In this document: positions 48,767-55,065 of the stretch, in pieces
Layout: every line of letters begins with the position of its first letter
Numbering within the stretch: position 1 is the first letter of the stretch
IMG/VR virus record: IMGVR_UViG_3300006735_000039
Coordinates: 1-56,223 of that record
Origin: a virus
Lineage: Duplodnaviria > Caudoviricetes
Length of the DNA stretch: 56,223 nucleotides
Reading direction: 5' to 3' (one strand)
Position numbers and translations under genes: made by a program
Notes under the pieces: model-generated
The model's input: only the letters and a program-made list of their open reading frames with translations
What the model was told of the DNA's origin: nothing
The model's database searches: none

Positions 48767-49138
48767 TTATTTATCTTTTAATTTGATTACACCTTCTTCT
48801 ATCAATAGCTTTAGCACCATTTGTGCTGAGTGGTTATGGTCGTAACCCATTACTATATCATCTACATAAATCTCATTACCCTCTAACCTAAAGTTGTAGT
48901 CCTCTAGGTCGTAAGCATCAGGGTTGTTGTCATACAGGTCTTCTAGCCTGTCTTGTATTGTTTCCCACAACTTATCATATTGTTCTGGTGTAATTTTGTT
49001 TGCCATCAGTTTGTCCATAATGTTTTGTAGTTTAGTTTTAACTTTTATTGTTGCTTCTTTTAATTTACCTATCGTATTCTTTTCTAATTTGTCTAGGAGA
49101 TACGCCTCCCTAGTTGATAATTGAAATTTAATTTTCAT
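48767..49138 (-). CDS. Hypothetical protein
   Basis: 123 aa ORF. Confidence 0.55.
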   Translation of the reverse strand: MKIKFQLSTREAYLLDKLEKNTIGKLKEATIKVKTKLQNIMDKLMANKITPEQYDKLWETIQDRLEDLYDNNPDAYDLEDYNFRLEGNEIYVDDIVMGYDHNHSAQMVLKLLIEEGVIKLKDK

Positions 49139-49166
49139 AAGTTTCCTCCTGTTTTATTAATTAATA

Positions 49167-49424
49167 TTATAAGTGTCCTCCATTTTTATCTTCAGATTCA
49201 TATCTCCATTCACTTTCCGCAAGTGTATCTGTCATACCACCATAATCATGTACACCAGAGCCATACTCAAGGTTAGCTTCACCCATGGCTTTATCTATCT
49301 TATCTACATATAAGTTCTCATTGCACACAAGATAATTTTGCAAATCCTTAACATCATTAGGCACTTCTACCTCTACTTCTGCGTACTTGTGGTACACACT
49401 TCTTTGCATAATTTTAACTTTCAT
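49167..49424 (-). CDS. Hypothetical early protein
   Basis: 85 aa ORF, coupled. Confidence 0.55.
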   Translation of the reverse strand: MKVKIMQRSVYHKYAEVEVEVPNDVKDLQNYLVCNENLYVDKIDKAMGEANLEYGSGVHDYGGMTDTLAESEWRYESEDKNGGHL

Positions 49425-49668
49425 AATACTCTGATTTATCGTTAGTTATATCTAATGTATTCTCTAGTAGTGTTTCTACTTCATCATATCTCTCGTTGTA
49501 GAAATCTTGTGCTTCATCAGTAAAAATAAATCTAGTGTGATTATCTAAATCATTTTTAATCTCTCTATATGGCTCGTTAAAAGTTATCTCTGTCATCTGT
49601 GTAGTTATTTCATCAATAAACTCCATCCACTTGTCGTTTGGTATTCTGTGTTTACTCATAATTAACAA
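49414..49668 (-). CDS. Hypothetical early protein
   Basis: 84 aa acidic ORF. True start may be the ATG at 49659. Confidence 0.5.
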   Translation of the reverse strand: MLIMSKHRIPNDKWMEFIDEITTQMTEITFNEPYREIKNDLDNHTRFIFTDEAQDFYNERYDEVETLLENTLDITNDKSEYYES

Positions 49669-49910
49669 TATATTTCGTTAGGCATATTCTGTTGTAGGTC
49701 ATCAATCTTTTTGCAATGCTCTACATACTTCCAACACTCTGATAGAGTTTTGTATGTGTACTCCCAGTCTTTATCAACTTCTGCTTCTTCCATTTCTTCT
49801 GATGCGCCAAGCCATTGGTAGTACATGGTGTCGTTGTAATCTCCTCCAGATTGATTTGTAAAAGCATCTGCAATCTTGTTGTAAACCTCTATACATTTTT
49901 CTCTAGTCAT
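49662..49910 (-). CDS. Hypothetical early protein
   Basis: 82 aa acidic ORF. Confidence 0.55.
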   Translation of the reverse strand: MTREKCIEVYNKIADAFTNQSGGDYNDTMYYQWLGASEEMEEAEVDKDWEYTYKTLSECWKYVEHCKKIDDLQQNMPNEIYC

Positions 49911-49928
49911 AATATTTAATTTAGTTAG

Positions 49929-50162
49929 TTATTTACTGGTCGGATAATCCGACTTATGTTTCCTATCTAATTCATCTCCTAATGCTTTTCTAATCTTTGA
50001 GATTTTACTCCTAAGCATTTTGTTTTCTTTTATTAGTTCGGAGTTATACCCCTCTATTAACTCGGCTACCTCAAGAATCCAAATCTTATGCGTGATAAGT
50101 TTCCAGTTACCTTCATGTATGTAGGACTTTGCCTTTTCTTTTAAGTAATTTATTACATTCAT
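49929..50162 (-). CDS. Hypothetical early protein
   Basis: 77 aa. Contains a GTCGGA palindrome near its 3' end. Confidence 0.5.
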   Translation of the reverse strand: MNVINYLKEKAKSYIHEGNWKLITHKIWILEVAELIEGYNSELIKENKMLRSKISKIRKALGDELDRKHKSDYPTSK

Positions 50163-50178
50163 ATATTTATATATTTAT

Positions 50179-50224
50179 AGCATATGCTAGTAGTATATGC
50201 TTGTAGCATATGCTTGAGCATTAA
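50179..50224 (-). repeat. AGCATATGCT-type palindrome array, copy 2
   Basis: AGCATATGCT (50179), AGTATATGCT (50192), AGCATATGCT (50205), AGCATTAA (50217). Period 12-13 bp. Confidence 0.8.
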
Positions 50225-50436
50225 CCTATTGATTCTGAGATACTTACACCCTTAATATAAACCTCCTCCCTGTGTGGTTTAAACCTTTCTGGTGGTGATG
50301 GTGGGTAGTCAAATCCAAACTGCAACTGAAAGCCGATGTCTGTATTTATTACCTTTGGTATTTTTAAATGTCTTGTTTCTACGTTACCTTCTTCTTCGTA
50401 GAAAACTATCTTCTGTGTTTTTCTTATTCCTCCCAT
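50221..50436 (-). CDS. Hypothetical early protein
   Basis: 71 aa ORF. Confidence 0.5.
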   Translation of the reverse strand: MGGIRKTQKIVFYEEEGNVETRHLKIPKVINTDIGFQLQFGFDYPPSPPERFKPHREEVYIKGVSISESIG

Positions 50437-50438
50437 TT

Positions 50439-50705
50439 TTAATCTATATAAAATTGTACTTCTTTGTGATAAGTGTTTTGCATAGCTTCAATCAACGACC
50501 TTCCGTTAGCTGTGTGAAATCCGTAGCTATGTGTATGCAACGCATCTATTGGTTTGTTTTCTAATAGCAGTTGCATTAGTGCGAATGAGTCGTATTCAAC
50601 CTCATTACTCACATGATTGATAGCTTCAGCTAAAGCTATGCAGTTGTGTCTAGGTTCAGAGTTTAGCTCCTCCCTAATGTAGTTTTCAATTTGTTGTCCA
50701 GTCAT
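50439..50705 (-). CDS. Hypothetical early protein
   Basis: 88 aa ORF. Confidence 0.55.
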   Translation of the reverse strand: MTGQQIENYIREELNSEPRHNCIALAEAINHVSNEVEYDSFALMQLLLENKPIDALHTHSYGFHTANGRSLIEAMQNTYHKEVQFYID

Positions 50706-50738
50706 TTTAGTATTTATTATAGTCGGATAGTCCGACTG

Positions 50739-51338
50739 TTAGTAATTAGTTTTAATCTTTCTAAACCTCTCCCACGTAGAACTTTGCAGTAGTACGGGGC
50801 TAATACCTATCTGATTAGCTGTATACTTGTAGCAGTCCTCCAGAAATCTGTACTGAACTTTGGTTATACCTGCGTAATCTTCTTCTCTAACCCACCTGCG
50901 TAGTGCTACGGATAGAGCGTGTCTATCTATCGTAACTTTGTCTGCTTTGTGTGGGTGTAGGATGTTCTCAAAGAATGATATAATCTTGTTACCCTTCAGT
51001 ATATCTTTGATACATTCCTCGTTACCATCGCACTGAAGTATCTGTTCTGCTTTGGTTTGGAAAGTTTTCATGTGCTTACCATCCCCTGTTTCTAGGAATG
51101 ATATGGCGCATTGCTTGTTATTGTTCCAAGTTTTCATAGGACTTAGTGCTGATATGATGCCACAAGATGATGTGTGTGGTATGTCGTAATCATCTGATAG
51201 CTTCTGCGCAAACTTGTTAGCCTCTGCATACCAATCATATCTGTCGGATTTGTCCGACTGATTGTAGAAGTGAATAATGTTATTCTTAACTTTTGTCCTC
51301 GTTAGAATTTGTCCCTTGAATTGTTGCTTCTTCTTCAT
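50739..51338 (-). CDS. Phage protein with HhH-GPD glycosylase-like motifs
   Basis: WYAEA, GIISALSP...W..N, G.KIISF..NI, VTIDRHA, LQSSTW pattern. Confidence 0.55.
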   Translation of the reverse strand: MKKKQQFKGQILTRTKVKNNIIHFYNQSDKSDRYDWYAEANKFAQKLSDDYDIPHTSSCGIISALSPMKTWNNNKQCAISFLETGDGKHMKTFQTKAEQILQCDGNEECIKDILKGNKIISFFENILHPHKADKVTIDRHALSVALRRWVREEDYAGITKVQYRFLEDCYKYTANQIGISPVLLQSSTWERFRKIKTNY

Positions 51339-51343
51339 AATAA

Positions 51344-51565
51344 TTATATTTCAAAAGGTCTTACCTCTAGTTGTATTCTTATGTATTCATTTCCGTTCTC
51401 ATCTGTATCTATATCTGCTAGTGAGCAATTCCACATACTATTTGATGACAGGTGACGTTGTAGCCACATTGTATCTTGCTCATATATATCATATAGAACC
51501 TCAAGCGCAGGTACTTCAAAGCTACATAAATCATTTCCATTGTAATCTTCTATAAATATCTTCAT
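51344..51565 (-). CDS. Hypothetical early protein
   Basis: 73 aa acidic ORF. Confidence 0.5.
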   Translation of the reverse strand: MKIFIEDYNGNDLCSFEVPALEVLYDIYEQDTMWLQRHLSSNSMWNCSLADIDTDENGNEYIRIQLEVRPFEI

Positions 51566-51576
51566 TACTCTTGTGT

Positions 51577-51864
51577 TTATAATTCATACTTAATTTCTGC
51601 GTATTTTTCACGCTGATTTTCTTCGTATTCGTGTTGCTCTATCATTGAGTAACAGCTATCATCTTCCTCGCATTCAGAACAAATCATACACTCGTCAGCG
51701 TGTTCTTTACACTCTCCACAAATGTCTGTATGTCCCCAAAATCTAGCACCACAACAACTACTTATACCTGCTGGTTCTTGTTCTGCACCACAACAGCTGG
51801 TAACCTCATCAGAAGTCCACCCATCATCTTGAGGGTTGGATAGTTTGTAGTTATCGTATGTCAT
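51577..51864 (-). CDS. Cys-rich (Zn-binding) early protein
   Basis: Duplicated SCCGA, plus CGECKEH and CSEC. Confidence 0.6.
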   Translation of the reverse strand: MTYDNYKLSNPQDDGWTSDEVTSCCGAEQEPAGISSCCGARFWGHTDICGECKEHADECMICSECEEDDSCYSMIEQHEYEENQREKYAEIKYEL

Positions 51865-52099
51865 ATCTATTGCTTGTTGTAGTCGGATGGTCCGACCCGT
51901 TTACTTTTTCTTGAAACAATTCCACTATGGCACTAGCTTGCATTCTAGCGTATGTTTCCTGTTGCGTGTATGTACCTGCTCTTTGTGGGCTTGGTAGCTT
52001 ACAAGTTAAATCGGCTGAATCTTCTTGACTGAAAACGTATGTGTCCTGTCCCATAAGTATTGCCCTAGTAATCTTCTGTGTTAATTCGTACTTATTCAT
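51851..52099 (-). CDS. Hypothetical early protein
   Basis: 82 aa. Contains a GTCGGA palindrome. Confidence 0.5.
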   Translation of the reverse strand: MNKYELTQKITRAILMGQDTYVFSQEDSADLTCKLPSPQRAGTYTQQETYARMQASAIVELFQEKVNGSDHPTTTSNRYDIR

Positions 52100-52101
52100 C
52101 T

Positions 52102-52209
52102 TTAGTGTATAATTAAATTGTAAATAATTAGTCCTACCATTGACACAACACCCACGTATAACACTAGGTATTCTATCAACTCTACCATTGCTTTCTTTTT
52201 ATTTTTCAT
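52102..52209 (-). CDS. Single-TM micropeptide (35 aa)
   Basis: MKNKKKAMVELIEYLVLYVGVVSMVGLIIYNLIIH, translated by hand. Confidence 0.5.
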   Translation of the reverse strand: MKNKKKAMVELIEYLVLYVGVVSMVGLIIYNLIIH

Positions 52210-52258
52210 ATGATTATTGTTTAATATGGTCGGATTGTCCGACCTTGTTTTCCTGATA

Positions 52259-52561
52259 TTAGTGTAATGTAATTTCTACTGTGTAATTATCCGAACTAGA
52301 ATCCATTATCATTGTGTAACTAATCTCGTACCAATCTTGTTCTTCGTTCCACTTGCACTCAAAGTTGTCAATAAAGGTATACATATGAATTGCTTTGATG
52401 CTTTTTATTACCTCGCTGAATGATAGCTTGGAGTTGCGCCCACTCATAAAGCATAACCTCGCGCCATCATCTGTTACTCTTACTGAAAAGAAATCATCTA
52501 GTGTTACTATCGTGTCTTCCAATAACGAACCCAAGTTCTCAAGCTTTTCTAATTTTGTCAT
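52259..52561 (-). CDS. Hypothetical early protein
   Basis: 100 aa. Starts 21 nt after the predicted HHR2 cleavage site. Confidence 0.55.
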   Translation of the reverse strand: MTKLEKLENLGSLLEDTIVTLDDFFSVRVTDDGARLCFMSGRNSKLSFSEVIKSIKAIHMYTFIDNFECKWNEEQDWYEISYTMIMDSSSDNYTVEITLH

Positions 52562-52576
52562 AATAAATTTAGTTTA

Positions 52577-52736
52577 GTTACAGACTAGACAATCACATCT
52601 CTCTTGATGCAGTTGGTAGTATGCCCATCAATACTATCTATTCCTGTACCATCTACGGATAGCTTTACATGGATGCAAGCATAATCTACTGATTGTTATT
52701 GTCTAGTTTCAACCTTTAAGGTCTCATCAGTATAAC
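52577..52736 (-). ncRNA. Type I hammerhead ribozyme HHR2 with long stem III insertion
   Basis: - strand: GUUAUA CUGAUGA GACCU-UAA-AGGUU GAAA CUAGACAAU-[~105 nt]-AUUGUCUAG UC/ UGUAAC. Complete core and three stems. Predicted cut between 52583 and 52582. Confidence 0.85.
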
Positions 52737-52765
52737 TTGTGTATTTTATGGTCGGATTGTCCGAC

Positions 52766-52930
52766 CTATTTGTACTCTGGTGGTATCCTGCCCTCACAAA
52801 AATTATTATCGCATTCATCGGTATCCTCGTTGAGGTACCCCATGCAGTGAGGACACTTGTCGGACATAAATTCCTCTCGCTCTTTTTGATAGGTTTCGTT
52901 TTCGAATTTCTCTAATTCTTGATTTTCCAT
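52766..52930 (-). CDS. Small Zn-ribbon protein (54 aa)
   Basis: MENQELEKFENETYQKEREEFMSDKCPHCMGYLNEDTDECDNNFCEGRIPPEYK, CxxC..CxxxxC. Confidence 0.55.
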   Translation of the reverse strand: MENQELEKFENETYQKEREEFMSDKCPHCMGYLNEDTDECDNNFCEGRIPPEYK

Positions 52931-52942
52931 ATTAATATAAAC

Positions 52943-53056
52943 CTAGTTACAGAATGTATGTAAAGTATATAGTGCGAATATGAATACTGCGCCAGCAATA
53001 ACGCAAGCGCATACAGAATAGATTAAAATCTTTGCTATCGGTAGTATTGTCTTCAT
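52943..53056 (-). CDS. Single-TM micropeptide (37 aa)
   Basis: MKTILPIAKILIYSVCACVIAGAVFIFALYTLHTFCN. The longer 99-aa call runs through the ribozyme and overlaps the upstream gene. Confidence 0.55.
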   Translation of the reverse strand: MKTILPIAKILIYSVCACVIAGAVFIFALYTLHTFCN

Positions 53057-53072
53057 GAGTAATATAATTTTA

Positions 53073-53136
53073 GTTACAGACAAGGAATACTCTGTACTTC
53101 TTCCTTGTTTCGGACTTCCATCCTCATCAGTGTAAC
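53073..53136 (-). ncRNA. Type I hammerhead ribozyme HHR1
   Basis: - strand: GUUACA CUGAUGA GGAU-GGAA-GUCC GAAA CAAGGAA-[13 nt]-UUCCUUG UC/ UGUAAC. Canonical core, GNRA-capped stem II. Predicted cut between 53079 and 53078. Confidence 0.92.
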
Positions 53137-53153
53137 ATGGTCGGATAGTCCGA

Positions 53154-53573
53154 CTACGCCATTTCAGGAGTAAGACACTTTGCAAGTGCCTCCCCAATAA
53201 TAGCGAACTCATCCTTTGTAAGAGTGCAGTCATCCGATTCAACCAGCTTGATGATTTGCTCTAGCGTATCAACCTCCTTAACTTTCGGCTTGTGGTCGGT
53301 GATGTAGTATTCCTTGGTAGCTTTATCTATTACCATCTTTAGTGGTGTACCATCCCATTCCTTGTGGGTAGTTACTTTGCGTATCGTTCTGGTTAGCGTA
53401 TCTACGAATTTGTTGCCTTTAGCTCCAGCTTTAGCGTAGCTTTCAGTAGCCAATTCGCATAGTGATTTGCCATCTTCACCTATCAAGGATTGCTTGATTA
53501 GTTCAGTTACTTTTGCGCCGTTACGAATAGACGATGTGATTGCAGTTTTTAACTGCGATTTGAAATTGCTCAT
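53154..53573 (-). CDS. First early gene, hypothetical protein
   Basis: 139 aa, first ORF downstream of the tandem early promoters. Confidence 0.6.
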   Translation of the reverse strand: MSNFKSQLKTAITSSIRNGAKVTELIKQSLIGEDGKSLCELATESYAKAGAKGNKFVDTLTRTIRKVTTHKEWDGTPLKMVIDKATKEYYITDHKPKVKEVDTLEQIIKLVESDDCTLTKDEFAIIGEALAKCLTPEMA

Positions 53574-53946
53574 TGTATTGAATTTAGTTAGTTAGATAGT
53601 GGAAAGGGTATCGCTCCCTTGTGTATGTTGGTACGACAAGTCGGATAGTCCGACCTCCAACAACGAATAGATTACACCTAGTCATCTAGTCCACCTAGTT
53701 CCTTGCTAATTATAGACCATCTCCATTGGTCTGCTCCCTTGCAGTAAGGTAGCTATCGTTTACACCTATGCCTTAAAACGATAAAAAATTACGGGCATTT
53801 TTTGTACTCGCCAGAGTTCAGCCCTAGTTTCCAACCTAGCGTACCTCTCCCAATGACGTCTTATGTGTTCCAATATACAGTTATCTAGTAATTACTGAGT
53901 CAGATAATGTACTCACTTGCGTGACCTTTTATGTTTTTTGCTGGTG

Positions 53947-53978
53947 CAAAGATAAGACAAATTTTTGAAACTACCAAA
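53947..53978 (-). promoter_or_regulatory. Strong early promoter (Bacteroidota -33/-7)
   Basis: - strand TTTG, 20 nt, TATCTTTG, then CACCAGC. Confidence 0.75.
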
Positions 53979-54164
53979 CATATTTTGAAAAAACTTTCAC
54001 TTTACTCCAGCGTTACTCTAGGCGTTCTCGGTTCTATCCCTACTCCCGTAGGTAGGTACTAACCTAGTGCTGTTTCTAGTGAGTCGGAAAATCCGACCTT
54101 CTCTAGTGGTAATCAAGATGTCAATCTAGTGCAGTCCATGAGGTCGTTCCCTCAATTGCTGGTG

Positions 54165-54195
54165 CAAATATCGGAATTTATTTTTAACTACCAAA
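54165..54195 (-). promoter_or_regulatory. Second, duplicated early promoter
   Basis: - strand TGTTTGGTAGTT..GATATTTGCACCAGC, 19-nt spacer. Shares TGTTTGGTAGTT and TTTGCACCAGC with 53947-53978. Confidence 0.65.
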
Positions 54196-54391
54196 CAAAA
54201 AACGTAAAAAGATTAAAAAAACTTTATAAGTTGTTGAAAGCCAACAAGTTACAAAGGTAGATTTTTTACTGGTATCTAGTGCCGTATCTGGTGAGGGGTG
54301 TATTGTGCCGTCTGTCTGTCTATCTAGGCGTACTCTAGTGGCGTGTAAAGGCATATCTTTTTGCAAAGGTAGTATCTACTAGTTCCATTGT

Positions 54392-54650
54392 TGTGCGTGC
54401 GTGTGCGCGCCCCTATGCGTGTCATGTGCATGCGCCCATCATGTGTGTGCGTGTGTGTACGTGAGCGCAAGCGTGTATGTGCGTGCCTATGTGCGTGCGT
54501 GCATACGTGGGTACACGGGTACAGGTATCGGGTTTCTGTTATGCGTTGTACGTGTGTATATATATATATAATGCCAAATCTCTGTACGTGCCGCCCTTTT
54601 TTACCTACTTACAACATATATATTATATAGTATATATTATATATATATGT
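54392..54650. repeat. Alternating purine-pyrimidine low-complexity tract ((GT/GC)n then (TA)n)
   Basis: GTGCGTGCGTGTGCGCGC..GTGTGTGCGTGTGTGTACGTG..GTGTATATATATATAT..TATATATATGT. Confidence 0.8.
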
Positions 54651-54705
54651 CGCAAAATGCTAAAATGCTACCTAGAAGCCCCGTAACTTATTGACTCATA
54701 GAATC

Positions 54706-54750
54706 TTAATGCTCGAGCATATGCTAATAGCAATGCTACGTGCATATGCT
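54706..54750 (+). repeat. AGCATATGCT-type palindrome array, copy 3
   Basis: TTAATGCTCG-AGCATATGCT-AAT-AGCAATGCT-ACG-TGCATATGCT followed by an AT-rich tract. Confidence 0.8.
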
Positions 54751-54843
54751 ATATATAAATAGATATATGAATCTTATTAACATCTGTCATTTGAGTAGTA
54801 TATTTTATTAATTTTGGAGTATATTAATTTAATACAATTTATT

Positions 54844-55065
54844 ATGTCAAACAAAGTAGACTTCACACAAGCTAAGCCATTAGAGCTAGACAAGAATGCT
54901 GAGATTAAAAAAATGCAAGCTGCCGCTTTGATGCAGAAGCGTGCTGAAAGAAAGGCTTTGCGTATTGACTGCCTACACTTAGTTGTTTCTGGTGGTTATG
55001 CTAAGAACTCTAAGGAAGCTATCAGAGAAGCTAAAGAACTAGTATCTTTCGTTACTAGTGAGTAA
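54844..55065 (+). CDS. Hypothetical protein
   Basis: ORF 54814..55065, more likely ATG at 54844. Confidence 0.55.
   Translation: MSNKVDFTQAKPLELDKNAEIKKMQAAALMQKRAERKALRIDCLHLVVSGGYAKNSKEAIREAKELVSFVTSE

Larger units (their letters stand above)
44692..54097. repeat. Dispersed palindrome GTCGGA-N3(4)-TCCGAC, 11 copies
   Basis: Starts at 44692, 47640, 49939, 50722, 51243 (4-nt spacer), 51882, 52229, 52751, 53140, 53640, 54083. Confidence 0.95.

Noticed and set aside
49514-49520. CUGAUGA on - strand (also near 51806)
   Set aside because: Inside coding sequence, with no properly placed stem II, GAAA and stem III.
541-51555. Numerous short antisense or alternate-frame ORFs in the track (for example 541..756, 3203..3505, 21940..22206, 38120..38440, 46779..47093)
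   Set aside because: They lie wholly or almost wholly within longer, motif-bearing genes and lack leaders or recognisable features.
52943-53242. 99-aa ORF as called in the track
   Set aside because: Its 5' part overlaps the upstream gene, the palindrome and HHR1. The ATG at 53056 has a proper leader and is the more credible start.
53604-53620. T-arm-like hairpin AAGGGAGCGATACCCTT suggesting a tRNA
   Set aside because: No acceptor, D or anticodon arms can be built around it.
44692-54097. GTCGGA palindromes as a CRISPR array or as intrinsic terminators
   Set aside because: Spacing is 350-2900 bp with genes in between, no cas genes are present, there are no U-tracts, and five copies are inside ORFs.
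44692-54097. Palindrome arms equal the MmeI site TCCRAC
   Set aside because: The match is real, but no methyltransferase or restriction gene was recognised and the fixed inverted geometry is not explained by it. Treated as coincidence.
54184-54686. ORFs 54184..54366, 54388..54630 and 54477..54686
   Set aside because: They overlap a promoter or are translations of the low-complexity dinucleotide tract (CVCVCV, YIYI).
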